From: Eledone cirrhosa
Lineage: Eukaryota
Length of the DNA stretch: 64,000 nt
Direction: 5' to 3'
Assembly: GCA_964016885.1 (NCBI GenBank)
Contig: OZ024740.1
Location: 428,358,001 to 428,422,000, forward strand
The notes below the pieces were generated by a model that was not told the origin of the DNA, made no database searches, and saw nothing but the letters and a program-made list of their open reading frames with translations. This document shows positions 24,991 through 38,150 of this stretch, piece by piece. Position 1 is the first letter of the stretch. Each line of letters begins with the position of its first letter. Made by a program: the position numbers and the translations under genes.

Positions 24991-27900
24991 GTCTTCACTC
25001 ACTCTCTTGGTCTTCACTCTCTCTCTTGGTCTTCACTCTCTCTCTTGGTCTTCTCCCTCTCTCTTGTTCTTCACTCTCCCTCTTGGTCTTCTCTCTCTCT
25101 CTTGGACTTCTCTCTCTCTCTTGGTCTTCACTCACTCTCTTGGTCTTCACTCTCTCTCTTGGTCTTCACTCTCTCTCTTGGTCTTAACTCTCTGTCTTGG
25201 TCTTCACTCTCTCTCTTTGTCTTCTCTCTCTTTCTTGGTCTTCTCTCTCTCTTGGTTTTCACTCTCTCTCTTGGTCTTCTCTCACTCTCTTGGTCTTCAC
25301 TCTCTCTCTTGGTCTTCACTCTCTCTCTTGGTCTTCTCTCTCTCTCTTGGTCTTCTCTCTCTCTCTTGGTCTTCTCTCTCTCTCTTGGACTTCTCTCTCT
25401 CTCTTGGTCTTCACTCACTCTCTTGGTCTTCACTCTCTCTCTTGGTCTTCTCTCTCTCTCTCTTGGTCTTCACTCTCTCTCTTGGTCTTCTCTCTTTCTC
25501 TTGGCATTCTCTCTCTCTCTTGGTCTTCTCTCACAATCGTTGTCTTCTATCACTCTCTTGGTCTTCTCTCTCTCTCTTGGTCTTCTCGCACTCATTTGGT
25601 CTTCTCTCTCTCTCTTGGTCTTCTCTCACTCACTTGGCCTTCTCTCACTCTCATGGACTTCTCTCACTCTCTTGACCTTCTCTCTCTCTCTTGGTCTTCA
25701 CTCATTCTCTTGGTCTTCAATCTCTCTCTTGGTCTTCTCTCTCTCTCTTGGTCTTCACTCTCTCTCTTGGACTTCACTCTCTCTCTTGGTCTTCTCTCTC
25801 TATCTTGGTCTTCACTGTCTCTCTTGGTCTTCTCTTTCTCTATTGTTCTTCTCTCTCTCTTGGTCTTTTCTCTCTCTCTTGGTCTTCACTCTCTCTCTTG
25901 GTCTTCTCTCTCTCTATTGTTCTTCTCTCTCTCTCTCTTGGTCTTCTCTCTCTCTCTTGGTTTTCACTCTCTCTCTTGGTCTTCTCTCTCTCTCTTAGTC
26001 TTCACTCACTCTCTTGGTCTTCTCTCTCTCTATTGTTCTTCTCTCTCTCTCTCTTGGTCTTCTCTCACTCTCTTGGTCTTCACTCTCACACTTGGTCTTC
26101 TCTCTCTCTCTTGGTCTTCTCTCACTCTCTTGGTCTTCTCTCTCTCTCTTGGTCTTCACTCTCTCTCCATTGGTCTTCACTCACTCTCTTGGTTTTCTCT
26201 CACTCTCTTGGTCTTCTCACACTCTCTTGGTCTTCTCTCACTCGCTCTTGGTCTTCTCTCTCTGTCTTGGTCTTCTCTTTCTCTCTTGGTCTTCTCTCTC
26301 TCTCTCTCTCTTGTTCTTCTATTCTATCTCTCTTGGTCTTTCTCTCTCTTGGTCTTCTCTCACTCTCTTGGTCTTCACTCTCACTCTCTTGGTCTTCTCT
26401 CTCTATTGGTCTTCTCTCTCTCTCTTGGTCTTCTATCTCTATCTTGTTCTTCTCTCACTCACTTGGTCTTCGCTCTCTCTCTTGGTCTTCTCTCACTCTA
26501 TTGGTCTTCTCTCACTCTCTTGGTCTTCTCTCACTCTCTTGGGCTTCTCTTTCTCTCTTGTTATTCACTCTCTCTCTTGGTCTTCACTCACTCTCTTGGT
26601 CTTCCCTCACTCTCTAGGTCTTCTATCTCTCTCTTGGTCTTCTCTCACTCACTTGGTCTTCTCTCACTCTCTTGGCCTCCACTCACTCTCTTGGTCTTCT
26701 CTCACTCTCTTGGTCTTCTCTCTCTCTCTTGTTCTTCTCTCACTCTCTTGGACATCTCTCTCTCTTTTGGTCTTCACTCACTCTCCCGGTCTTCACTCAC
26801 TCTCTCTTGGTCTTCTCTCACTCTCTTGGTTTTCTCTCACTCTCTTGGTATTCTCTCTCTCTCTCTATCTTGGTTTTCTCTCTCTCTTGGTCTTCTTTCA
26901 CTCTCTCGGTCCTCTCTCTCTCTTGGTCTTCTCTCACTCTCTTGGTCTTTTCTCTCTCTCTCTTGGACTTCTCTCACTCTCTTTTGGTCTTCTCTCACTC
27001 TCTTGGTCTTCCCCCACTCTCTTGGTATTCTCTCTCACTCTTGGTCTACTCACTCTCTCTTGCTCTTCTCTCACTCTCTTGGTCTTCTCTCTCTCTCTTG
27101 GTCTTCTCTCACTCTCTTGGTCTTCTCTCTCTCTCTTGGTCTTCACTCTCTCTCCATTGGTCTTCACTCACTCTCTCTTGGTCTTCTCGCACTCTCTTGG
27201 TCTGCTCTCTCTCTCTCTTGGTCTTCTCTCTCTCTCTTGGTCTTCACTCTCTCTCCATTGGTCTTCACTCACTCTCTTGGTTTTCTCTCACTCTGTTGTT
27301 CTTCTCACACTCTCTTGGTCTTCTCTCTCTCCCTTGGTCTGCTCTCTCTATCTTGGTCTTCTCTCTCTCTCTTGGTCTTCTCTCACTCTCTTGGTCTTCT
27401 CTCTCTCTCTTGGTCTTCTCTAACTCTCTTGGTCTGCTCTCTCTCTCTCTCTTGGTCTTCTCTCTCTCTCTTGGTCTTCACTCTCTCTCCATTGTTCTTC
27501 ACTCACTCTCTTGGTTTTCTCTCACTCTCTTGGTCTTCTCACACTCTCTTGGTCTTCTCTCTCTCGCTCTTCGTCTTCTCTCTCTATCTTGGTCATCTCT
27601 CTCTCTCTTGGTCTTCTCTGTCTCTCTTCGTCTTCTCTCACTCTCTTGGTCTGCTCTCTCACTCTCGGTCTTCTCTCTCTCTCTTGGTCTTCTCTCACTC
27701 TCTTGGTCTTCTCTCTCTCTCTTGGTCTTCTCTCACTCTCTTGGTCTGCTCTCTCTCTCTCTCTTGGTCTTCTCTCACTCTCTTGGTCTTCACTCTCTCT
27801 CCATTGGTCTTCACTCACTCTCTTGGTTTTCTCTGACTCTCTTGGTCTTCTCTCTCTCTCTTGGTCTTCTCTCACTCTCTTGGTCTTCTCACACTCTCTT

Positions 27901-28969
27901 GGTCTTCTCTCTCGCTCTTGGTCTTCCCTGTCTCCCTCTTGGTCTTTTCTCTCTATCTTGGTCTTCTCTCTCTCTCTCTCTAGGTCTTCTCTCTCTCTCT
28001 TGGTCTTCTCTCACTCTCTTGGTCTGCTCTCTCTCTCTTGGTCTGCACTCTCTCTCTTGGTCTTCTCTCTCTCTCTTGGTCCTCTCTAACTCTCTTGGTC
28101 TGCTCTCTCTCTCTCTTGGTCTTCTCTCTCTCTCTTGGTCTTCTCTCACTCTCTTGGTGTTCTCTTTCTCTCTTGGTCTGCTCTCTCTCTCTTGGTCTTC
28201 TCTCTCTCTCTCCTGGTCAGCTCTCGCTCTCTTGGTCTTCTCTCTCTCTCTTGGTCTTTTCTCACTCTCTTGGTCTTCTCTCACCCTCTTGGTCTACGAT
28301 CTATCTCTTCTTTTTCTATCACTCTCTGCGTCTTGGCTCTCTCTCTTGGTCTTCTCTCTCTATCTTCGTCTTCTCTCTCTCTTGGCCTTCTCTCGCTCTC
28401 TTGGTCTTATCTCACTCTCATGGTCTTCTCTCACTCTCTTGGTCTTCTCTCACTCTCTTGGTCTTCTCTCACTCTCTTGGTCTTCTCTCTCTCTTTTGGT
28501 CTTCACTCACTCTCCCGGTCTTCACTCACTCTTTTGGTCTTCACTCACTCTCTTGGTCTTCTCTCACTCTCTTGGTCTGCTCTCTCTCTCTCTCTCTTGG
28601 TCTTCTCTTTCTCTCTTGGTCTGCTCTCTCTCTCTTGGTCTTATCTCTCTCTCTCTCCCGGTCAGCTCTCGCTCACTTGGTCTTCTCTCTCTCTCTTGGA
28701 CTTTTCTCACTCTCTTGGTGTTCTCTCACTCTCTTGGTCTTCTCTCTCTCTCTTGGTCTTCTCTCTCTATCTTGGTCTTCTCTCTCTCTCTTGGTCTTCT
28801 CTCTCTCTCTTGGTCTTCTCTCACTCTCATGGTCTTCTCTCACACTCTTGCTCTTCTCTCACTCTCTTGGTCTTCTCTCACTCTCTTGGGCCCCACTCTC
28901 TCTCTTAGTCTTCTCTGTCTCTCTTGGTCTCCACTCACTCTCTTGGTCTTGTCTCACTCTCTTGGTCTT

Positions 28970-31900
28970 CTCTCTCTCTCTTGGTCTTCTCTCACTCTCT
29001 TGGACTTCTCTCTCTCTTTTGGTCTTCACTCACTCACCCGCTCTTCACTCACTCTCTTGGTCTTCACTCACTCTCTTGGTCTTCTCTCACTCTCTTGGTC
29101 TTCTCTCACTCTTTTGGTATTCTCTCTCTCTCTCTATCTTGGTTTTCTCTCTCTCTTGGTCTTCACTCACTCTCTCGGTCCTCTCTCTCTGTCTTGGTCT
29201 TCTCTCACTCTCTTGGTCTTTTCTCTCTAACTCTTGGTCTTCTCTCACTCTCTCTTGGTCTTCTCTCACTCTATTGGTCTTCCCCCACTCTCTTGGTATT
29301 CTCTCTCACTCTTGGTCTACTCACTCTCTCTTGGTCTTCTCTCACTCTCTTGGTCTTCTCTCACTCTCTTGGTCTTCTCTCTCTCTCTTGGTCTTCACTC
29401 TCTCTCCATTGGTCTTCACTCACTCTCTTGGTTTTCTCTGACTCTCTTGGTCCTCTCTCTCTCTGTTGGTCTTCTCTCACTCTCTTGGTCTTCTCTCTCT
29501 CTCTTGGTCTTCACTCTCTCTCCATTGGTCTTCACTCACTCTCTTGGTTTTCTCTGACTCTCTTGGTCTTCTCTCTCTCTCTTGGTCTTCTCTCACTCTC
29601 TTGGTCTTCTCTCTCTCTCTCTTGGTCTTCTCTCACTCTCTTGGTCTGCTCTCTCTCTCTCTTGGTTTTCTCTGACTCTCTTGGTCTTCTCTCTCTCTCT
29701 TGGTCTTCTCTCACTCTCTTGGTCTTCTCTCTCTCTCTCTTCGTCTTCTCTCACTCTCTTGGTCTGCTCTCTCTCTCTCTCTTGGTCTTCTCTCACTCTC
29801 TTGGTCTTCACTCACTCTCTTGGTTTTCTCTGACTCTCTTGGTCTTCTCTCTCTCTCTTGGTCTTCTCTCACTCTCTTGGTCTTCTCACACTCTCTTGGT
29901 CTTCTCTCTCGCTCTTGGTCTTCCCTGTCTCTCTCTTGGTCTTTTCTCTCTATCTTGGTCTTCTCTCTCTCTCTCTCTTGGTCTTCTCTCTCTCTCTTGG
30001 TCTTCTCTCACTCTCTTGGTCTGCTCTCTCTCTCTTGGTCTGCACTCTCTCTCTCTTGGTCTTCTCTCTCCCTCTTGGTCTTCTCTCACTCTCTTGGTCT
30101 GCTCTCTCTCTCTTGGTCTTCTCTCTCTCTCTTGGTTTTCTCTCACTCTCTTGGTCTTCTCTTTCTCTCTTGGTCTGCTCTCTCTCTCTTGGTCTTCTCT
30201 CTCTCTCCTGGTCAGCTCTCGCTCTCTTGGTCTTCTCTCTCTCTTGGTCTTTTCTCACTCTCTTGGTCTTCTCTCACCCTCTTGGTCTACGATCTATCTC
30301 TTGTTTTTCTATCACTCTCTGCGTCTTGGCTCTCTCTCTGTTGGTCTTCTCTCTCTATCTTGGTCTTCTCACTCTCTTGGTCTTCTCTCGCTCTCTTGGT
30401 CTTATCTCACTCTCATGGTCTTCTCTCACTCTCTTGGTCTTCTCTCACTCTCTTGGTCTTCTCTCAGTCTCTTGGTCTTCTCTCTCTCTTTCTGTTCTTC
30501 ACTCACTCTCCCGGTCTTCACTCACTCTTTTGGTCTTTACTCACTCTCTTGGTCTTCTCTCACTCTCTAAGTCATCTCTCACTCTCTTGGTATGCTCTCT
30601 CTCTCTTGGTCTTCTCTCACTCTCTTGGACTTCTCTCTCTCTTTTGGTCTTCACTCACTCACCCGCTCTTCACTCACTCTCTTGGTCTTCACTCACTCTC
30701 TTGGTCTTCTCTCACTCTCTTGGTCTTCTCTCACTCTTTTGGTATTCTCTCTCTCTCTCTATCTTGGTTTTCTCTCTCTCTTGGTCTTCACTCACTCTCT
30801 CGGTCCTCTCTCTCTGTCTTGGTCTTCTCTCACTCTCTTGGTCTTTTCTCTCTAACTCTTGGTCTTCTCTCACTCTCTCTTGGTCTTCTCTCACTCTATT
30901 GGTCTTCCCCCACTCTCTTGGTATTCTCTCTCACTCTTGGTCTACTCACTCTCTCTTGGTCTTCTCTCACTCTCTTGGTCTTCTCTCACTCTCTTGGTCT
31001 TCTCTCTCTCTCTTGGTCTTCACTCTCTCTCCATTGGTCTTCACTCACTCTCTTGGTTTTCTCTGACTCTCTTGGTCCTCTCTCTCTCTGTTGGTCTTCT
31101 CTCACTCTCTTGGTCTTCTCTCTCTCTCTTGGTCTTCACTCTCTCTCCATTGGTCTTCACTCACTCTCTTGGTTTTCTCTGACTCTCTTGGTCTTCTCTC
31201 TCTCTCTTGGTCTTCTCTCACTCTCTTGGTCTTCTCTCTCTCTCTCTTGGTCTTCTCTCACTCTCTTGGTCTGCTCTCTCTCTCTCTTGGTTTTCTCTGA
31301 CTCTCTTGGTCTTCTCTCTCTCTCTTGGTCTTCTCTCACTCTCTTGGTCTTCTCTCTCTCTCTCTTCGTCTTCTCTCACTCTCTTGGTCTGCTCTCTCTC
31401 TCTCTCTTGGTCTTCTCTCACTCTCTTGGTCTTCACTCACTCTCTTGGTTTTCTCTGACTCTCTTGGTCTTCTCTCTCTCTCTTGGTCTTCTCTCACTCT
31501 CTTGGTCTTCTCACACTCTCTTGGTCTTCTCTCTCGCTCTTGGTCTTCCCTGTCTCTCTCTTGGTCTTTTCTCTCTATCTTGGTCTTCTCTCTCTCTCTC
31601 TCTTGGTCTTCTCTCTCTCTCTTGGTCTTCTCTCACTCTCTTGGTCTGCTCTCTCTCTCTTGGTCTGCACTCTCTCTCTCTTGGTCTTCTCTCTCCCTCT
31701 TGGTCTTCTCTCACTCTCTTGGTCTGCTCTCTCTCTCTTGGTCTTCTCTCTCTCTCTTGGTTTTCTCTCACTCTCTTGGTCTTCTCTTTCTCTCTTGGTC
31801 TGCTCTCTCTCTCTTGGTCTTCTCTCTCTCTCCTGGTCAGCTCTCGCTCTCTTGGTCTTCTCTCTCTCTTGGTCTTTTCTCACTCTCTTGGTCTTCTCTC

Positions 31901-32219
31901 ACCCTCTTGGTCTACGATCTATCTCTTGTTTTTCTATCACTCTCTGCGTCTTGGCTCTCTCTCTGTTGGTCTTCTCTCTCTATCTTGGTCTTCTCACTCT
32001 CTTGGTCTTCTCTCGCTCTCTTGGTCTTATCTCACTCTCATGGTCTTCTCTCACTCTCTTGGTCTTCTCTCACTCTCTTGGTCTTCTCTCAGTCTCTTGG
32101 TCTTCTCTCTCTCTTTCTGTTCTTCACTCACTCTCCCGGTCTTCACTCACTCTTTTGGTCTTTACTCACTCTCTTGGTCTTCTCTCACTCTCTAAGTCAT
32201 CTCTCACTCTCTTGGTATG
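28970..32219 (+). repeat. Apparently identical tandem duplication of 1625 bp (28970-30594 / 30595-32219)
   Basis: The offset is a constant 1625 for ACCCGCTC (29036/30661), GGTCTACGATC (30284/31909), TATG (30591/32216) and ten ORF pairs (e.g. 29087/30712, 29950/31575). Confidence 0.95.
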
Positions 32220-35200
32220 CTCTCTCTCTCTCTTGGTCTTCTCTTTCCCTCTTCGTCTTCTCTCAATCTCTTGGTCTTCTCTTTCTCACTTGGTCTGCTC
32301 TCTCTCTCTTGGTCTTCTCTCTCGCTCTTGGTCTTCTCTCTCGCTCTTGGTCTTCTCTCTCTATCTTGGTCTTCTCTCTCTCTCTCTTGGTCTTCTGTCT
32401 CTCTCTTGGTCTTCACTCTCTCTCCATTGGTCTTCACTCACTCTCTTGGTTTTCTCTGACTCTCTTGGTCTTCTCTCTCTCTCTTGGTCTTCTCTCACTC
32501 TCTTGGTCTTCTCTCTCTCTCTCTTGGTCTTCTCTCACTCTCTTGGTCTGCTCTCTCTCTCTCTTGGTCTTCTCTCACTCTCTTGGTCTTCACTCTCTCT
32601 CCATTTTTCTTCACTCACTCTCTTGGTTTTCTCTGACTCTCTTGGTCTTCTCTCTCTCTCTTGGTCTTCTCTCACTCTCTTGGTCTTCTCACACTCTCTT
32701 GGTCTTCTCTGTCGCTCTTGGTCTTCCCTGTCTCTCTCTTTGTCTTTTCTCTCTATCTTGGTCTTCTCTCTCTCTCTCTCTTGGTCTTCTCTCTCTCTCT
32801 TGGTCTTCTCTCACTCTCTTGGTCTGCTCTCTCTCTCTTGGTCTTCTCTCTCTCTCTTGGTCTTCTCTCACTCTCTTGGTCTTCTCTTTCTCTCTTGGTC
32901 TGCTCTCACTCTCTTGGTCTTCTCTCTCTCTCCTGGTCAGCTCTCGCTCTCTTGGTCTTCTCTCTCTCTCTTGGTCTTTTCTCTCTCTCTTGGTCTTCTC
33001 TCACCCTCTTGGTCTTCTCTCACCCTCTTGGTCTACGATCTATCTCTTGTTTTTCTATCACTCTCTGCGTCTTGGCTCTCTCTCTCTTGGTCTTCTCTCT
33101 CTAACTTGGTCTTCTCTCTCTCTTGGTCTTCTCTCGCTCTCTTGCTCTTCTCTCACTCTCTTGGTCTTCTCTCACTCTCTTGGTCTTCTCTCTCTCTTTT
33201 GGTCTTCACTCACTCTCCCGGTCTTCACTCACTCTTTTGGTCTTTACTCACTCTCTTGGTCTTCTCTCACTCTCTAAGTCATCTCTCTCTCTCCTGGTCA
33301 GCTCTCGCTCACTTGGTCTTCTCTCTCTCTCTTGGACTTTGCTCACTCTCTTGGTGTTCTCTCACTCTCTTGGTCTTCTCTCTCTCTCTTGGTCTTCTCT
33401 CTCTATCTTGGTCTTCTCTCTCTCTCTTGGTCTTCTCTCTCTCTCTTGGTCTTCTCTCACTCTCATGGTCTTCTCTCACACTCTTGGTCTTCTCTCACTC
33501 TCTTGGTCTTCTCTCACTCTCTTGGGCTTCACTCTCTCTCTTAGTCTTCTCTGTCTCACTTGGTCTCCACTCACTTTCTTGGTCTTCTCTCACTCTCTTG
33601 GACTTCTCTCTCTCTTTTGGTCTTCACCCACTCACCCGCTCTTCACTCACTCTCTTGGTCTTCACTCACTCTCTTGGTCTTCACACACTCTCTTGGTCTT
33701 CTGTCACTCTCTTGGCCTTCTCTCTCTCTCTCTTGGTCTTCTCTCACTCTCTTGGTCTTCTCTCACTCTCTTGGTATTCTCTCTCTATATATCTTGGTGT
33801 TCTCTCTCTCTTGGTCTTCACTCACTCTCTCGGTCCTCTCTCTCTCTCTTGGTCTTCTCTCACTCTCTTGGTCTTTTCTCTCTCTCTCTTGATCTTCTCT
33901 CACTCTCTCTTGGTCTTCTCTCACTCTATTTGTCTTCCCCCACTCTCTTGGTATTCTCTCTCACTCTTGGTCTACTCACTCTCTCTTGGTCTTCTCTCAC
34001 TCTCTTGGTCTTCTCTCACTCTCTTGGTCTTCTCTCTCTCTCTTAGTCTTCACTCTCTCTCCATTGGTCTTCACTCACTCTCTTGGTTTTCTCTGACTCT
34101 CTTGGTCTTCTCTCTCTTTGTTGGTCTTGTCTCACTCTCTTGGTCTTCTCTCTCTCTCTTAGACTTCTCTCACTCTCTTCGTCTGCTCTCTCTCTCTCTT
34201 GGTCTTCTCTCCCTCTCTTGGTCTTCTCTCTCTCTCTTGGTCTTCTCTCTCTCTCATCGTCTTCTCTCCCTCTCTTGGTCTTCACTCTCTCTCCATTGGT
34301 TTTCACTCTCTCTCTTGGTTTTCTCTCACTCTCTTGGTCTTCTCACACTGTCTTGGTCTTCTCTCTCTCGCTCTTGGTCTTCTCTCTCTATCTTGGTCTT
34401 CTCTCTCTCTCTTGGTCTTCTCTCTCGCTCTTGGTCTTTTCTATCTATCTTGGTCTTCTCTCTCTCTCGCTTGGTCTTCTCTCTCTCTCTTGGTCTTCTC
34501 TCACTCTCTTGGTCTTCTCTCACTCTCTTGGTCTGCTCTCTCTCTCTTGGTCTTCTCTCTCTCTCTTGGTCTTCACTCTCTCTCTTGGTCTTCTCTCTCT
34601 CTCTTGGACTTCTCTCTCTCTCTTGGTCTTCACTCACTCTCTTGGTCTTCACTCTCTCTTGGTCTTCTCTCTCTCTCTTGGTCTTCACTCTCTCTCTTGG
34701 TCTTCTCTTTCTCTCTATTGGTCTTCTCTCTCCCTCTTGGTCTACACTCTCTCTCTTGCTCTTCTCTTCTCTATTGTTCTTCTCTCTCTCTCTCTTGGTC
34801 TACTCTCGCTCTCCTGGTCTTAACTCTCTCTCCATTGGTCTTCACTCACTCTCTTGGTTTTCTCACACTCTCTTGGTCTTCTCTCTCTCCCTTGGTCTGC
34901 TCTCTCGCTCTAGGTCTTCTCTCTCTCGCTCTTCGTCTTCTCTCTCTATCTTGGTCTTCTCTCTCTCTCATGCTCTTCTCTCTCTCTCTCTTGGTCTTCT
35001 CTCACTCTCTTGGTCTGCTCTCTCTCTCTCTTGGTCTGCACTCTCTCTCTTGGTCTTCTCTCTCTCTCTTGGTCTTCTCTCTCTTGGCCTTCTCTCACTC
35101 TCTTGGTCTGCTCTCTCTCTTGGTCTTCTCTCTCTCTCTTGGTCTTCTCTCTCTCTCTTGGTCTTCTCTCACTCTGATGGTCTTCTCTCACTCTCTTGGT

Positions 35201-35249
35201 CATCTCTCACTCTCTTTGTCTCCACTCACTCTCTTGGTCGTCTCTCACT

Positions 35250-38150
35250 CTCTTGGTCTGCTCTATCTCTCTTGGTCTTCTCTCTCTCTCTTGGTCTTCT
35301 CTCACTCTCTTGGTCTTCTCTTTCTCTCTTGGTCTGCTCTCTCTCTCTCTTGGTCATCACACTCTCCTGGTCAGCTCTCGCTCTCTTGGTCTTCTCTCTC
35401 TCTCTTTGTCTTTTCTCACATTCTTGGTCTCCTCTCACCCTGTTGGTCTTCTCTCTCTCTCAAAGTTTTCTCTCGCTCTGTTGGTCTTCTCTCACTCTCT
35501 TGGTATTCTCTCTCTCTCTATCTTAGTTTTCTCTCTCACTTGGTCTTCTCTCACTCTCTCGGTCCCCCCTCTCTCTCTCTCTTGGTCTTCTCTCACTCTC
35601 TTAGTCTTTTCTCTCTCTCTCTTGGTCTTCCCCCACTCTCTTGGTATTCTCTCACACAATTGGTCTTCTCTCTCTCTCTTGGTCTTCTCTCACTCTCTTG
35701 GTCTTCAATCTCTCTCTTGGTCTTCTCTCACTCTCTTGGTCTGCTCTCTCTCTCTCTTGGTCTTCTCGCACTCTCTCGGTTTTCTCTGACTCTCTTGGTC
35801 TTCTCTCTCTTGGTCTTCTCTCACTCTCTTGGTCTTCTCACTCTCTCTTGGTCTTATCTCACTCTCTTGGTCGGCTCTCTCTCTCTCTCTTGATCTTTCT
35901 CTCTCTCTTGGTCTTCACTCACTCTCTTGGTTTTGTCTCACTCTCTTGGTCTTCCTATACTCTCTTGGTCTGCTCTCTCGCTCTTGGTCTTCTCTGTCTC
36001 TCTTCTGGTCTTCTCTCTCTATCTTGGTCTTCTCTATCTCTCTCTTGGTCTTCTATCTCTCTCTTGGTCTTCTCTCTCTCTCTTGGTCTTCTCTCACACT
36101 CTTGGTCTTCTCTCTATCTCTTGTTTTTCTATCACTCTCTTGGTCTTCTCTCTCTCTCTTGGTCTTCTCTCTCTATCTTGGTCTTCTCTCTCTCTCATGG
36201 TCTTCTCTCACTCTCTTGGTCTTCTCTCACTCTCTTGGTATTCTCTCTCGCTCTATCTTGGTTTTCTCTCTCTCTGGGTCTTCTCTCTCTCTCTTGGTCT
36301 TCTCCCTCTCTCTTGGTCTTCTCTCTCTCTCTTAGTCTTCTCTCACTCTGATGGTCTTCTCTCACTCTCTAGGTCATCTCTCACTCTCTTGGTCTTCTCT
36401 CACTCTCTTGGTCTGCACTCTCTCTCTCTTAGTCTTCTCTGTCTCTCTTTGTCCCCACCCACTGTCTTGGTCTTCTCTCACTCTCTTGGTCTGCTCTATC
36501 TCTCTTGGTCTTCTCTCTCTCTCTTGGTCTTCTCTCTATCTCTTGGTCTTCTCTTTCTCTCTTGGTCTGCTCTCTCTCTCTTGGTCATCTCTCTCTCCTG
36601 GTCAGCTCTCGCGCTCTTGGTCTTCTCTCTCTCTCTTTGTCTTTTCTCACATTCTTGGTCTCATCTCACCCTCTGGGATTTCTCTCTATCTCTTGTTTTT
36701 CTATCACTCTCTTGGTCTTCTCTCTCTATCTTGGTCTTCTCTCTCTCTCATGGTCTTCTCTCACTCTCTTGGTCTTCTCTCACTCTCTTGGTATTCTCTC
36801 TCTCTCTATCTTGGTTTTCTTTCTCTCTTGGTCTTCTCTCACTCTCTCGGTCCTCTCTCTCTTGGTCTTCTCTCACTCTCTTGGTCTTTTCTCTCTCTCT
36901 CTTGGTCTTCTCTCACTCTCTCTTGGTCTTCTCTCACTCTCTTGGTCTTCCCCCACTCTCTTGGTATTCTCTCACACAATTGGTCTTCTCTCTCTCTCTT
37001 GGTCTTCTCTCACTCTCTTGGTCTTCAATCTCTCTCTTGGTCTTCTCTCACTCTCTTGGTCTGCTCTCTCTCTCTTGGTCTGCACTCTCTCTCTGGGTCT
37101 TCTCTCTCTCTCTTGGTCTTCTCACTCTCTCTTGGTCTTCTCTCTCTCTCTTAGTCTTCTCTCACTCTGATGGTCTTCTCTCACTCTCTAGGTCATCTCT
37201 CACTCTCTTGGTCTTCTCTCACTCTCTTGGTCTGCACTCTCTCTCTCTTAGTCTTCTCTGTCTCTCTTTGTCCCCACCCACTGTCTTGGTCTTCTCTCAC
37301 TCTCTTGGTCTGCTCTATCTCTCTTGGTCTTCTCTCTCTCTCTTGGTCTTCTCTCACTCTCTTGGTCTTCTCTTTCTCTCTTGGTCTGCTCTCTCTCTCT
37401 CTTGGTCATCACACTCTCCTGGTCAGCTCTCGCTCTCTTGGTCTTCTCTCTCTCTCTTTGTCTTTTCTCACATTCTTGGTCTCCTCTCACCCTGTTGGTC
37501 TTCTCTCTCTCTCAAAGTTTTCTCTCGCTCTGTTGGTCTTCTCTCACTCTCTTGGTATTCTCTCTCTCTCTATCTTAGTTTTCTCTCTCACTTGGTCTTC
37601 TCTCACTCTCTCGGTCCCCCCTCTCTCTCTCTCTTGGTCTTCTCTCACTCTCTTAGTCTTTTCTCTCTCTCTCTTGGTCTTCCCCCACTCTCTTGGTATT
37701 CTCTCACACAATTGGTCTTCTCTCTCTCTCTTGGTCTTCTCTCACTCTCTTGGTCTTCAATCTCTCTCTTGGTCTTCTCTCACTCTCTTGGTCTGCTCTC
37801 TCTCTCTCTTGGTCTTCTCGCACTCTCTCGGTTTTCTCTGACTCTCTTGGTCTTCTCTCTCTTGGTCTTCTCTCACTCTCTTGGTCTTCTCTCTCTCTCT
37901 TGGTCTTATCTCACTCTCTTGGTCGGCTCTCTCTCTCTCTCTTGATCTTTCTCTCTCTCTTGGTCTTCACTCACTCTCTTGGTTTTGTCTCACTCTCTTG
38001 GTCTTCCTACACTCTCTTGGTCTGCTCTCTCGCTCTTGGTCTTCTCTGTCTCTCTTCTGGTCTTCTCTCTCTATCTTGGTCTTCTCTATCTCTCTCTTGG
38101 TCTTCTATCTCTCTCTTGGTCTTCTCTCTCTCTCTTGGTCTTCTCTCACA
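35250..38150 (+). repeat. Direct repeat, offset 2052 bp (~35250-36100 / ~37300-38150)
   Basis: CAAAGTTTT occurs at 35461 and 37513, and GGTCGGCTC at 35869 and 37921. ORF pairs are 35641/37693 and 35927/37979. Confidence 0.88.
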
